A stretch of DNA of 64,000 nucleotides, from positions 67,456,001 to 67,520,000 of the forward strand of contig OZ287748.1 in the NCBI GenBank assembly GCA_965649765.1, written 5' to 3'. This DNA is from Bispira polyomma (taxonomy: Eukaryota). The first letter of the stretch is position 1. Each line of letters begins with the position of its first letter. The position numbers and the translations under genes are program-made. Shown in pieces: positions 12,610-26,969 of this stretch. Below the pieces are notes generated by a model. It saw only the letters and a list, made by a program, of their open reading frames with translations. It was not told the origin of the DNA and ran no database searches.

Positions 12610-14255
12610 TATACTATCACCACAGTCACGACCAGTCCCTTTACACTATCACCTCACTCACCTTAAACTATCACGATTGCAACAAAAAACTATCACCCCA
12701 GTCACCGTAAACTATCACTTCAATTATCTTACCTATTACCCCAGTTACCTTAAACTGTCACCTCAATCACACCTATACTATCACCTCAGTCACCTTAAAC
12801 AATCACCCCAATCACCTTGAACTATAACCTTAGTTACCATAAACCACACTTAAACTTTCACCTCAATCCCATTAAACTATCACCTCAATCACCTTAAACT
12901 ATTACTTCAATCACCTTCACCCCAATCACCTTAAACTATCACCTCAGTCACCTTAAACCACACTTAAACTATCACCTCAATAACCTTAAATTATCACTTC
13001 AATCAGCTTCACCCCAATCACCTTAAACTATTACCTAAGTCACCTTAAACCACACTTTAACTATCACCTCAATCAATTTAAACTGTAATTTCAATCAGCT
13101 TCACTTCAGTCACCTTAAACTATCACCTCAGTCATCAAAAACTGTCACCTCAGTCACCTTAAACTATCACCTCAGTCATCAAAAACTATCACCTCAGTCA
13201 CCTTAAACTATCACCTCATATCATCTCAACCACCTTAAACTATCACCTCAATTACCTTTAACTATCACCTCAGTCACCTTAAATGGTGGTTCCAAAATGC
13301 CGATTTGGTCCCCGACCTTCCTGATTTTGAGGTCCGGGGCATGTCCGTATAGGTCTGGGGGCAAAAATGGAGTGGTCGCCGTGGTCGGGAAGGCTATACA
13401 ACATGTTTGATTTTTCTAAAAGTACCCTGGCTTACCTCCCCGACCGGCTTCGGTGAATAAGTTTGATCTAATTGTCATTACGTTCTGTCTGATAGGTAGT
13501 ATCTCACTTTAGGCCTGTCCTAACACTGACCTGGTAAAACATATAGGTCAGGGGCGCAGAAGGGCGAAAACGGGACGGTCCGGAAGAATATAAGACTATT
13601 TTGTCAGTTATTTTACCATAACAGTCCCGACTTTGATTTTTAAATGTTTGATCCTAATGGTCGGTGATATGGATCCGCTAGATCCCATTGGCGATACTTT
13701 CGATCCTAGGGCAATACGTCAGTTCCTATCGTCATTAAGTTTGATCCTAGCCTGGGTCAGGGAGGACGGGGCTGTTTTAGTACGGACTTCAAGTTCGATC
13801 GTGGTCAGTGTCTATTAAATAAATAGACATAAACTATTACCTCAGTCACCTAAAAGTATCACTTCAATCACCTTAAACTATCACCTCAATCACATTAAAC
13901 TATCACCTCAACCACCTTAAAGTACCACTTCAATCACTTTAAACTATCACATCGATCACCTTAAATTATCACCTTAATGAACTTGAACTATCACCTTAAA
14001 CTATCACCTTAATCACCTTTAACCTTTACCTCAGTCACTTTAATTAAGCAATCACCTCAAACACCTTAAAGTATCACATCAGTCACCTTAGATTACCACC
14101 TCAGTCACCTTAAACGATCACCTCAATCGCTTTAAAATATCACCTCAACCACCTTAAACTATCACCTCACACACCTCAAAATAACACGTCAGTCCCTTTA
14201 ACTAGCACAGTCACATTAAAGCATTACCTCATACTTTTACAACACTCACCTCAGT
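12610..14255 (+). repeat. About 22-bp minisatellite (cacctcagtcaccttaaactat)n, interrupted by an insert at 13284-13828
   Basis: Units visible at 12610-13283 and 13829-14255. Confidence 0.92.
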
Positions 14256-15033
14256 GTATCTACTTCAATGTAAATAAGTCTAAAATATGTTTTATTTCTT
14301 TCGTATTTTGAGATGTTTAATTAATAATTTTCGGGCAAAGATACAGTATTATTTCTAGCTGGTCAATTCAGAAGCTTAATATAAAATAGAATTATGTGAA
14401 CAAAGCATTAAACCACAGAAATCTCAAATATGAAACTAAACCAGTAAAAACACAACTGGAATGTCAATTTTATGACTGGTAACCAACATAGCGGTATAAA
14501 AATCATTTAACAAGCCCACCCAAAAAGCTATTGTTACTCATACTCCAAATTAAAAGAGATGAAGTCAAATGATGGATTGTTTTGCTGTGAGTATGTTGCT
14601 AGAAGCAACCAAAATAAGTAGGGCAACTAAAAGAAAGCCAGTCCTGATCACAGTTCATAATTTCATCGCTGTGCTAAAACAAGTAATTCACCACTAACCT
14701 TGATATTTCATAGTGGCTGATTTTGTTACTTAAACAATTAGATGAAATGCTTTGTTGAAGTGTTATTGAAACTGAACCAAGGCCAAAATTACCCAATTTG
14801 TCAAAATCTGTTGGATGGGTTAAACTCCATTATGTCGTGTTTTCAACAACAACAAAAAAAAAATAAACAAACAACAAATACTTTTATGTCTAGACAAAAA
14901 CTGTGACTGGAAATATAATATTGTATTAAGACTATATATTGGTTTGTAGATTTTCTATATATACAATACAGGCCATGTGTTCACGTAGGCCACATACAAT
15001 GAAACTTATTTTATCCGAACATGTTGGGGGTAA

Positions 15034-15425
15034 TGGTGCAGTCACACTGAGTACATTTGACTTTTCATTTATTTTGGTTTCATATTTTATAAACGTAAGC
15101 CACGTTCTTAATTGGTTTTAATTGCGTTCCTTACAATTACCTTAAGCCTTTGGTCTCGTTTTAAATACATTATATTAGCTTCACTTACGTCTTATACATT
15201 AAATATGTAAAATTTGTTTACATTTTACCTATCCGTTGAAAGTGGATAAAAAAGTGGATATTGCAAAAACGTAGACAAACGAATCATATTTTCGTGCTGT
15301 TCGAAGTAATATATTTTTTTCTAATGTTTTACTTATGCAAGCATACGTTCAATAAGAAATTTTTTTTACCTTACTTTTGGTAAGTTATGGCGTAATCGAA
15401 ACAGAAGCCCAGTGTGACTGGGCCA
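15034..15425. mobile_element. PIF/Harbinger-type MITE
   Basis: TIRs tggtgcagtcacactga / ccagtgtgactgggcca, flanked by TAA on both sides. Confidence 0.65.
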
Positions 15426-16419
15426 TAAGGTTTTGTTCTGATAATAGAAGGTTCATAAAACAGATAAAGTATTTTAGTACAAACCAGTAGGAAACCTAAT
15501 TTTGTGTGGGAAGTTGAAAATTAGTTTATTAAATTGAATATTCGAACTACAAAAATTTGGAGAATGGCGGTTCTACTGTATTCATATAAGCATATATATT
15601 CGGCCTTTCCAAAGGCGCAAGTTCAGAGTTGGGTGCCATTTTATTCTGTCCACCCAAAAAAATCTTAAACATTATATATATAATTAAGACCACTTTATAC
15701 TGAAAAGAAAGAACACACATCTTCTAATTTAGTAATAAATACTTAAGGTTTTCTAAAGGATGAGGCAAGGCTGCCATTCATTGCCCACAGGCTAAACAAA
15801 GTTATATTAGCTATATTCTGATTAGTAATTTATACGTGGCACCATATTAAAGCCATCAAATTTAGAGCATATTGCAAAATTTATATATAACTGATTACTG
15901 CCCGGTAGGTAAGTGTTCGAAAGCCCCGTCAGTCTGCTTCCTAATATATAATTTACTATACCTATAATATCCTACTGTATATATAAATATGTTGTATATA
16001 GTATACCAACTTCAGGCTATATTGGAAGTCACAAATGAAATATGAATGTGCCATTTAGCAAATCTATTAAATATTCACCCCAAATTTAGAAAGTATTTAG
16101 TCATTTCCTTGTCTAAGGTCAAAAATCATTATTTATAGACATTTTTAGTGGTCAAAATAATGGCCATAAATCTTCCTATTTAATAACAGTGATCATTAAA
16201 CCTCTTTGATGTCATTGATGGTGACACATCAAATATCAGCTAAGATTTATGACATGCTTCTATTACCTCTTGTATGAATGGTCAACAGGTAATATCTGTA
16301 AGAGGGCACATTGACATCAAACCCTGTTATTATGAGTAGAAATATTATACTTTTCAACCTTTTTTTGAAAGTTTTTTGTTAATGTTTAAACTTCTATAGT
16401 ACTATATGTTGAATTTTTA

Positions 16420-16615
16420 ATTTAGGTAGGTCTAATGTCACTTTCAACAGCTTAGGTCATATGTCGATGACCAGATCTAATAGTGGAAGAAACCAGTGCT
16501 GAAGCACTTTAAACCGCTGACCTACGACAAGTGGCTAAAAAACTTTCTTACATGAAGGAACAAATGGGACTCAAGCCCACAAATTGGTGCGAGGGCCATG
16601 GTTATGAAGTTATCG
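16420..16615 (-). mobile_element. Degenerate tRNA-derived SINE
   Basis: taatgtcactttcaacagcttaggtcatat is the reverse complement of the tail at about 9290. Confidence 0.55.
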
Positions 16616-19600
16616 CAGTACAGAAGTTTACACATCAACATCTTTGACGTAGCGTTTAAAATACACTGTTCAGAAGACAACCACTTAAAATGTGTTATAA
16701 GGTCTTATCACCAGTGGCTGGTTGAAAAAAATTTGGGACGTTGATAAATGGTGTCAACCTAAAGCCCCGGCCTTCAGTTAGGGGAATAACAGATACTGTT
16801 GCTTATTGGCTGTATCTGAAAAACATATTACAAATACCAAACAAAAGTAGTTAAATGCGCTGAGTAGAAATTTAAATAGTGTACGAATAATACAATATGA
16901 TACAGCACTACAGGTGATGTATGCGCGCATACCCTGCGACACATATTCAAATCAATTATGGCTAAAAAAGCAAAAAGCCAGAAATCATTGGGTTCAGTAC
17001 ATGTATTTGAAGTAAAAAAATTAGGAGAATAATGTAAATTGTTGTCATTTTATGAGGACATCAAAATAAGATTCAGTAGATTGAGTCACTTTGGTAAAAT
17101 CAAACGACAACATATCTATGCAGGAAAACCAGAAAAAGTAACTAAAAACAGAAAGTTTGTATATCTCTTTGTGGTGCGATAATGAATGATTCAAAACTCT
17201 ATTACAAAGCAATCAGCCATTCTATCATTCTGTCAAAATCAAATGGTCCAAATCAACTGTGAACATAGGCATTGCTTCATTTCTCTTCTTAGTTTGAGGA
17301 ATCAGCCAAATAAGTTAATAGCTCGGAGATTAGCCTATTTCAGATTCTTCCAATCTGGTGAATACCTTGCAATTAAGTACAGAGATTCCTTTCCTTTTTG
17401 TTACACCCGATTTGAGAGTCACTTAAAACCAACACAATGCATTATGGAGTATTTTTTAAAGAGTAAGTAGAAAAAAAAAAAATGAATTAAGGAAGGTTAT
17501 TTAGATATAGTTTTAAAGGCCTGTTAATGTAGGCTAAATAAAACAGTACATTGACTTTACTCACAATCTAGAAATAGTGTGCAGTTTGTGAATAAAGGCA
17601 CATAGTGTTTAATCACTTAGTATACATTTGCATGCGACTATTATGGACAAGTAGTTGTATATGACCACTTGTAGCTTTTTGGTAACGACCTTTTGCTTGC
17701 CCCTGGACCTTCCTTTTTGGATATCAGCGCTGTAGAGGATATTTTCATCAATTTTGGCAATTTGTTTGTGTTTGAGAATTGGAAGCAATTTTATTCACAA
17801 TTGTATTTACAATTCAACAGGTGTACATTTATTCACGAATGGCATAGTTGAATAAATTATTGGAGTAGTGAATGTTATCAGAAAAACAAACAATTATATA
17901 AACTGTGATATTTTTATGTTATCATTTTGTTTATTCTCAGAGGTGCTGTAAATTTATCTTCTAAGGAAAAAATCCTGTTGATTACATAGCAGGTACACTA
18001 AATAATATGTTGATTGACATCAAAAATATAGCTTGCTGCTTGTTTTATTATGACATAAAAGAATCTAGTCATTGGATCTACCTTAATCTCTATAGTTAGT
18101 GTTTTAGTTGTATCCAAATCCTCCTATCCAAACAGCAAGAGGACATTAAAGGGGTGAGATCACTATACAGGAAATGGTACAAGGGTCTGTTGGGTGGGAA
18201 TTTGAGTAGAATTCATGTGTAGAATCCAATCAGGGGGTTTCACGCCTCATAGAACGTCGTAAATGAAATTATTCAAATCCGGTGACAAAAATCAATAGCT
18301 GTTGATATGTGACTGTGCGTCTGTTGTTTATTTTTTACGGTGCCTGGTAATTTGAGACTCCAGGGGTGGTTTCTGTTTTTTCAGTCTTTTTTTGTTTACG
18401 AAAAAAATTGATATGTTTGTTTTAAATCTCATTTGTTTGTGTAACCAGAAAAGTTATAGCTATAACACAGAAACTGTTTGTTACAATATTGGCTACCCAA
18501 TGTTCTTTAGAAACTGGAGGATCTGTGAAAAGAATGATCCATACATACTGTTTAAGTAGGATCGAATTGCAGCTGCCAACAAAACTGGTTCAAACCATAA
18601 TAATGTATTTACTAAAATATATAAAGGTTTGGTCCAGACAAGTATATCAGCCTTTTGGGATGCCATGTGTGTCCTTTCTGTTCGAAGTATTTTACTATAA
18701 AAACTCCTGTGCTGTAACAGGAGCAGTTCCCATGGTAAGCAGATAATCATTGATAGTTCCTTTGTGTCCTAATTTTAGGCTAAAGCCTTTCAAAACTTCT
18801 TGCTATGATGCCACCACCAATATGATAACAAGAATAGCTACACACAGTTTTTAAAGTTCTATTCTCAATCAGAAGTTTTAAGCTACTCTTATTTGCTAAA
18901 TAAAACTGAAAATGCAATCAAGTAACATGGATAATATTTCACAAAAGTCCCTATTCACGGTTCTTGTTTGATCTGGTTTACAATTTCAGACTTGAAAGTT
19001 AAAAACCTTCATCACTACTGTATTTAGAAGAAATTAAAAACAGAGCCAAATGACAAAGAGCGTAAACAAAGCAAAATAAATTTACCAACAAAGCATAGTT
19101 CTTGCCATTTGTCCAAAAACTTTTTTTCTGGAGTTGATATTTGATCTTTCGTTTGTGTCATGTTTAATTATAAAAAGTTAATGTAAATTAACCACCAAAA
19201 ATAAGCTCATTCCTTGCAATTTGTCATATAACTTTTCTTTTGAAGTTGATATTTGATTTTTCTTTTGTGCCATGCTTGATTCTAAACAGTTGTAGCATAT
19301 AAGGGATAATGTCAAATAACAACCAAAAATAAGCCTATTCTTGCAATTTGTCATAGAACTTTCTCTCAAACTGAATTTGATCTATGTGTTCATGTCATGT
19401 TTCATTCTAAACAGTTGTAGAATTAAAGTGCTATTTGCACACATTAATTTACTATTGTAGTATTACTCATCTCCAATCTAGTACACCTATATACCTAGGA
19501 ATTAGTGTTATTTTTTTTGAAAAACAACAACTACCTACCAGTCCAAGTATACAACAGATCCATCACCTTGACATGTCAGTCCTGTTTTGGTTTTCCTTCC

Positions 19601-20014
19601 ATTCTTTTTTTTTTTTCAATCAACATTAATTTTAGCACAGAGAGTGGAAATCTTCAAGGTCAAATCTAAGGGCAGCTGATGGCCCAGACCAATTACACTG
19701 AACTTGAAAATCACAAGCACCGTACTTCGAAAAAACCCTAGACGTGTAGGTCTGTTGTAGTAGTAGCACTAAAGCAATTAACGCTCACCAGTGGAAATAT
19801 TAGCAGCAAATAGTTCTTAACTCAACTTAATTTTAAAATAAGTTCTATTCTATTTCAGATTGTAAAAATATTGACATTTAAAAAATTGAACTCAAAAATT
19901 GTAGAAAAACTTTAAAAAAGATTGCCTATGAAATCAGGCGGATTTTTGGAGTGGAAATTGACGGCAATGAAAATATGTTTTATCTATGCAATGGAAGTTT
20001 AAGAAAAAGAAAGG

Positions 20015-23000
20015 TGGTTTAACGTGTACCAAGATAAGTAGCTTTTTAGATTTACCTTCTTCCAAAACTCTTCTTACAAATTATCATTACACCAACTTTT
20101 TTTAGACTTTGTTCGATTTTTACTGTATTATTTTAGCAGATTTCACCGAATTTTGTTAACCTTTTGTCATTATCGCTCAGCTACCTTGTTCCGCGCATCC
20201 CTTTTTTTGCGAATTTCGCGTCAACTTTTTTGCTGTGCAACTTTGTCCCACATATTTGTGGTTCTTTAAAATTTTTATTATTAGAATTATAAATCTGTAC
20301 ATTCTGTGATTGTTTTGAGAAAACTTTTGTAGAAGTATTGTTTTGTGCTGCTGCCCTGCATGGTTCTGGCATGTGTCAAACTACATGAGTAGAGCTCCTG
20401 CTCACCTACAACCTCACATTTTCCCGACCAATTTGAACTGGGCGATGCGGCTATTGATTTGATCATAGCCCAGGACCTGGATATTGCTGCCACCTCCGAG
20501 ACGTGGCTTAACAGTGGGGATACCACATTTCTCTTGACAGACATAACTCCTCCGAGTTACAAATTTTTTCAGTTTCCTAGGCTTCAAAAATGTAAAGAAG
20601 GAGTAGGCATCTTTATAAAAAAATATTCCTGTGAAATTCTCAAAAACCAGTCCTATTTCTCTATCACATGCAAAATTTCAAATGGCTATCAGTCATTCCT
20701 GGTTTCCTGTTTTTACTGTCCACCCATCCCTTCTCTAGCTACCTTTACTCTGACGGGATTTTGGATCATCTAGCAACCTTTGTCTATTTAAATTTCCCCG
20801 TACCTGCATCACAAAAACCTGGAGTGATTAAATACAGTAATATAAGAAAAATTAATATTGACAAATTCAGAGACGACATTCTGGTATTAAATCTCTTTAA
20901 AGATCTATGCAAAAACACCGATAGCCTCAGCTTACAATACAATCAAAGCCTTTCTACTATCATTGATAAACACGCTTCCTCGGTATCTAAAACCCTTCCC
21001 CCTATTAAATTTTTCTCTTCGGGATGGTTTTTCCCACCTGTTTCAAGACTGCAAATGTAACTTCTTTGATAAAAAAACAAGGGCTTGATAAGGACCAGCT
21101 TAAAAACTACAGACCGGTATCAAACCTCAGCTTTGTCTCTAAGGTTATCGAGAAAGCTGTCGCACAACAAATCTGTGACCACCTCAACAGACATAACATC
21201 GAAAATCGTCACCAATCTGCTTACAGAAAGTTTCACTCTACAGAGTGCCCTACAGAGTGCCCTTTGAGCAATGATATCAATCTTGCACTGGACCGCAACA
21301 AAATAGTGGCCCTCACCCTTTTAGATCTTTCAGCAGCATTCGACACTATTGATTATGGCCTGCTCTGCGACACTCTCAAGCAATGGTCTGGAATAAATGG
21401 CATTGTCCTTAAATGGATCAGATCCTGCCTTACTTTTAGAGCACAAAGAATTAAATTAGATGATTACCTATCATCTTCCATAAACCTTCCATACGGAGTA
21501 CCCCAGGGATCTGTCCTTGGGCTTCTACTTTTACCCTTTGTAGACATCCTCTCAGCATGGTCACCAATAGTCATATTTTAAAACACACATGTATGCCGGT
21601 GACATGCAAGTCTATCTCTCTTTCAAACCTCAAAATGCAAATAGAAACATTGATCTACTCGTTGACTGTTTAACCGCTGTCCAGGCATGGATGAACTTAG
21701 CCAAATTAAAATAAACCCAGACAAAACTAAATTCAATCTCATTAGAAACAAGAAAAACAGTGAATTTTTAAAATTTTTGTTTCCTATTTCCCTTCTGGGA
21801 AAAGACATACTACCTTCCAAAAATGCCAAAAATCTCAGTGTCATTTTTGATTCGGCCTTTTCGTTTGACACTCATAACTCCCACAACTACTGCTCTTATG
21901 AGCCCCACTACAAGTCTCACATACATGTTTAAAAAAGTGTTACTCGTTTTGTGGCTACTCTGATATTTGCAGGATCTGTCCTGATAGAATTTACAGTTGG
22001 CTGTACCTGCCTTTGTGAATGTACTACTTTTACCGGCTCCCCGTGTGGCTGAGTTGTTAAAACTACTGCCAGAGACATGTCTCTGAGCATGGGCCCGCCT
22101 AAGACGATCGAGCTTGTCGACATTGCTCCATTTCAGTTTGTCCATTTCCATGGTCATAAGTGCAACTGCATGACAGGCCTCAGCGGCCTCCCAAGAAAAA
22201 TCCTGAGAGTCCTCTGTGAGTCCTGCCATATAGTTGAGCATAATCTCTTTCGTTTCGGGGGATTTTTCATCCTGAATTATGGGCGTAAATCCACAAACCC
22301 ACTGCCCCATGGTCAAGTCATCGTAACACGGCCTGGCCTTAAAATTTCCCGAAAGCATTTGATTTTTAGGCCACTCAACAACACATTTTATCAGTACATC
22401 ACTTCTCCCATCCATCTGAGATTTAAGCTTACCTTTAACAGGGTTCTCATTAAGGTGTTTCAGCTCGGCTAATCGTGCCTCAACCTGACTTTGAATACAA
22501 GAATTTTGTTTCAAAAACTGGACATTTGGTATAACAGTTTCATTACTATTTACATTGCTTTCTTGAATTTTGACCAGAACCCCTATCAGCAACAGTCTGT
22601 TTGTTGGTAGCATTGGCTGACAGAGCTGTTTCTGTGACCGACACTTGCTTGTCGAGTCGCTCCATCATTTTACCCATTGACTAAAGCTGAGACTATATTG
22701 CCCCGACACCACGGCTACACTGTCAACGTCAACCGAACTATCGTCAACTGTTTCCCCAGCGGATAACACCTCTTCTGTGACCGAATCTTCAGATAGTATA
22801 ACCTGGCATCTACTGCCAACAGGACGAGTGTGCTTAGTACAACACCTGCTACAGCCATAGACTTTAACTTTAGGGATTGCTACGACCGTAAATTCAAAAA
22901 CCGCGAAAACTATGGTAATAATTTAACAATAATTTTAATAAAGTACCACCAACTAGCCTTGGGTCTCATAATTTCGCGAATTTTAACCACCTCTTTATGG

Positions 23001-24010
23001 GCTCATATGTGACATTTACAAACACCGCCCTTGGCAAAAATTCGGGCTGTATTTTAATGCAGAGATGTTAAAATACAACCCTGTAATGTAAATGACCCAA
23101 AACACATTTGTTTTATCAAGAAAAACGTCCAATATAGAATCAACAATCAACATACTACTGTTACAATAAAAAATAATATATAAACATGAACGAGATAACC
23201 AATAATAAAACAGTGTACTAAAATTTGTAAAAGAATGTAAACAATCCTTTATGATTTTGCCGCCCTTTTCTGGTAACCTCTGTCCTTGTTTGTTTTATAT
23301 TGTCAGTCCAGCAGCCGAATTTGAAAAGGTAAAATACTGGAAATACTGAGGCTTTTATAGTACTAGGCAATGAACCGTGACTGAGTTTAGACTGGTCCCC
23401 TAAAACTGATCATAGCATCACTAGGTTGGTGCCCCACGATATGTCGCTCCTGCTATTACCACATATGCGACATCAAAAGAATCGAAATCACCTGTCAATG
23501 GACACTGCGATAACTGTGGCTAACGCCCTTGTGAGCAGCCGCCTGCAACTCTCTTCTGTACGGAGTAAACAAGCCACAGATTAAAAAGCTCCAATCCATT
23601 CAAAACTACTTATACAGGGTGATTTTTAGTCTGGGTGTTTGCACAGATGTCACTCCTTACCTCAAAAAATTACAGTGGCTGCCCATTCACTCTCGAAATT
23701 TGTTCAAAATTCACGTTACCACTTTCAAGGCTGTAGTCACTCAACAGCCCTCCCACCTTGCTTCCCCTCTCTCTTTCAGTAACCATACGAGAGGCAACAG
23801 ACTCTCTGTTTCTTCTGTCAGATCAATCAGTAAGGTGGAATCCAGAGCTTTCTCTAATGCAGCTCCCTTGTTATGGAACAGTCTCCCAGTTGACCTCAGA
23901 TCAGTAGATACACTCACTGGTTTTAGGAAAAAGCTTAAACCCTATCTTTTTAACCTTGCCTACACACCCTAGCTTCCCTCGTGCACGCCCCCACATCTTT
24001 CCTTACAGCC
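20015..24010 (+). mobile_element. Decayed L2/CR1-group LINE, sister of the 32.6-36.5 kb copy, with internal deletions and a nested insert
   Basis: APE (IAATSETWL), RT ([31 protein letters not shown]) and C-terminal (LLWNSLP..LR..F.KKLK) fragments are colinear with the intact copy. Confidence 0.92.
21874..23439 (-). mobile_element. Truncated retrotransposon: terminal repeat/promoter plus gag-like ORF, probably DIRS order (tyrosine-recombinase type)
   Basis: Interrupts the LINE RT. ORF 21810..22613 has WP...SG..K.RP.YD.L...QWV.GF..EDSQDFSW and a C..YQ..C....H knuckle. TATAAAA on the minus strand at 23353-23359. Family recognised from memory only. Confidence 0.6.
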
Positions 24011-25303
24011 TGGCTTTGTCCATACTTGTGTATGGAGTTTTGCTACTCATTTACTTACCCTCGGTCGGGTCTCCCTAACTACTACTCCTCTTGTGGATTA
24101 TTAGTTTTATCCTAATATGTAATTTTAGTGCAGATAGAAGTCATTGAAATTAAAACTGTACAGATGTTCATTCCTTTCAAATGAAACTAGTATTTATGGC
24201 CACCACAGAATGTTTTCATATCAGTTTAATTGAATATAGTTTTATAGTTTTATCATTGTTTCAACTTAAGGCTTTACAAATTTAACATCTTGTGACCTTT
24301 TGATTAAACTGAGGGTCTTTGTATATTATTGATATTGTCATATATTAACAGTTCTCTTGCTTTCTCCCCCTAACCCCTGCAAGAAACAATACCTGTTAAA
24401 CGGTTGCAAACTGTTGGCATTGACACATTCTTACTACAACACTATATGGCCATTGCAACAAGCTGTGACAAAATGTGTACACCTTGCTTATTCTATTGGG
24501 AAATAATGCTTTTCCCTATTTTATGTTTTTGCATTTTGTGCTGTTTTCTTTTCTTTGCTGTAAAACAGCCATTTGTGGTAATGTCTCTTTTAGCTTAAAT
24601 ACTCTGTAACACTGTTCCCCCATCTGTAAATGCAGCAATAAATCTGGTTAGTAAAAAAAGTTTTTTTTTTGTAAAGGAAACCACTTGGTATGCAGGGTAT
24701 GTGCTTGTTTATTAGATGCAATAGCTTCCAGTTGATAATAATTCCACAACAAAATTGCTGCAAGATGGAGCTTTGGGCATGTGTGACATAAATTACATTT
24801 TCACAAGATTAACTATCAAGTTCGATTTCTCAAAAACAATTTCTTTGTTGACCATGTCTTCCTTTTTTATCAATTATTAGTTGCAATTATATTGACTATG
24901 TAAAAAAATACTGTGTTTAAGTGGAACCCTTGGTTGGTATAAACTTTCATAGTTTTAAAATTTCTAAGCCATACAATCGGAATTATTATTTTTCAATGAA
25001 AGATTTATAAAAACTGATACTTCCACTGTGAATTAATTAGGCGAGATAGCTTTAATTGATTGCCAGGGACGATTCAATATGAAACAGTATATGCCCTGGT
25101 TCCCACTATTGTCTTATTCAGGCTGTTTTTGTAACACTCTTTTAAAAAATGATGGACAACACCCATTGTAACGAACATTAAAAGTTTGTGTGTTGTCCTA
25201 TTATACATGGAAATGTAAATTGATAGTTCTGATATCACCCATGATAAGGTTTTCATTCAACTTGACAGTTTCCATCCGCCGCCTGGGTTCTTCTACTTTT
25301 CAG

Positions 25304-25561
25304 TTTGAATTTGAATTTGGATATTTAACGTCCACTCTAGTACTTTTTAGTAGGTTATATTGGGACAGGTAGTTGGAAATGCTGGAGGAAACACTGCATA
25401 CAGTCGGTCAAGGTTCTGCAGTGAAACCAGTGGCCCACAGTAAGAAACTACCACCTTTCCTACATAGGCATCGACGGGATTCGAACTCACGCCGCCCAGA
25501 GGTGAGAGACTAGTGATTGTGAAGCGCAATGCTTGCTAACCACTAGGCCACCGCGGCCCCC
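25304..25561 (-). mobile_element. Young tRNA-derived SINE (family S1, Meta-SINE-like layout)
   Basis: A-box TGGCCTAGTGG, B-box GTTCGAATCC, (aaattc)n tail, 12-bp TSD tctacttKtcag. Confidence 0.92.
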
Positions 25562-26234
25562 TCTACTTGTCAGCCAATGGTTTACTTGCAGCTCTCTAGG
25601 GAACTGCTTACTAGTTATGATGCAACATGCGGTGCAAAGACTAACACCCATTAGCAATCAGGTAACCTGGGTTGAGATTGAGGTGTACATTGTTTCTGTA
25701 AGATTAATCTAAAGGTATGTTCACATGCATCGTAAGACACAACACTAACATGGATGACTAGAACTGATAATATGTACATCACAGTTTGGGTTGCTTATAT
25801 ATATATTTCTTTAGAGCGTTAACATGTATACAGTACCTGTACCATTGCGGATCGTGTATACGTAAAAAATTGCATAGCGGGTGGTTTTGGGGGAGAATTT
25901 TCTAAAATTACATATAGGCTTGTTTGGTGTCAAAAGTTTTGTCCTTTAATGTTATCAAAATACTTTTCAGAAATAAGCAAGTTATGGTTTTAAAACTAAA
26001 ACACTAAATTTTATATTTTACCCACTTGTGATCAGTATAGATATGCCATGTTGATATGATGTAACCATATGTATGTGAACATCACTTTATAGTCTAGATC
26101 TGTAATCTAATGTCATCTAATTTAATGGCCGACACAATTAGGTCATATGTGTTTCCAGGTCAGTGCCATCCTATATTGAATAAATCCTTTATTAAGGGGT
26201 TCAGATATATAATGGCATGTCAATGGTAAGGAGA

Positions 26235-26512
26235 AAAAGACTTTCTGTTTCCTTTCTAAAACCTAACAATAGAGTTGGATCTAGAGCTTTCTCAATTGCG
26301 GCTCCTATGTTATAGAAAAATCTGGTTTCAGAAAAAAACACACACCTAAAACCTATCTTTTCAAACTAGCTTACAACCCTTTATTTCCTCCCTGTACACC
26401 CAACATCCGACCTGGCTATGTTTTTTTGGGACTTCACTATTGGTTAATCAATTCTGTTGTTGCACTTTAGAAGATGACTCGCATGATTAAAAATGCAAAA
26501 CATAATATAATA
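26235..26512 (+). mobile_element. LINE 3'-end fragment (same L2-like family)
   Basis: agagctttctc...aaaacctatcttttcaaactagc...ttctgttgttgcactttagaagatg. Confidence 0.8.
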
Positions 26513-26969
26513 TATGTTTCATTGTACTTGTTTTTATTAATTGCTACAGTTATACAATCTAGTTATCACTTTTATCACAGAGTTTGAAAAAAATAATTTG
26601 ACGTTACATATAATATACATATACCACACTTTGACACAATAATATCTATGTGTAATAACGACATAATTTACTGATACATTCAGAGTTCATTTGTTTCATC
26701 AACTTATATTATATTTGTATAGCAAGATTCATTTAAATTATAGTTACTTGTTTAAGCAATATTAATTGTGACATCTATTATTTGGTTAAATAATGAATTT
26801 GACAGATTTACTCTTGGTTTACACAACTATATATTATATTTCCTCACAGAAAAAAAATAAATTACATCACATGGTTATACTGATATTTGATGAATATTAT
26901 AAATCTCTTGAAATTACCTTGGAATATTCAATGTAAAATTCCCTTTACAAACCTATGGTTCAAGCTTAA

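Noticed and set aside
22077-22472. 131-aa plus-strand ORF; likewise 27411..27659 and 36919..37176
   Set aside because: Antisense shadows of real minus-strand coding sequence
25347-25529. Recurrent 60-71-aa ORF family MRFTIT.LSPLGG (also at 27865, 42488, 50227)
   Set aside because: Incidental translation of SINE S1 copies
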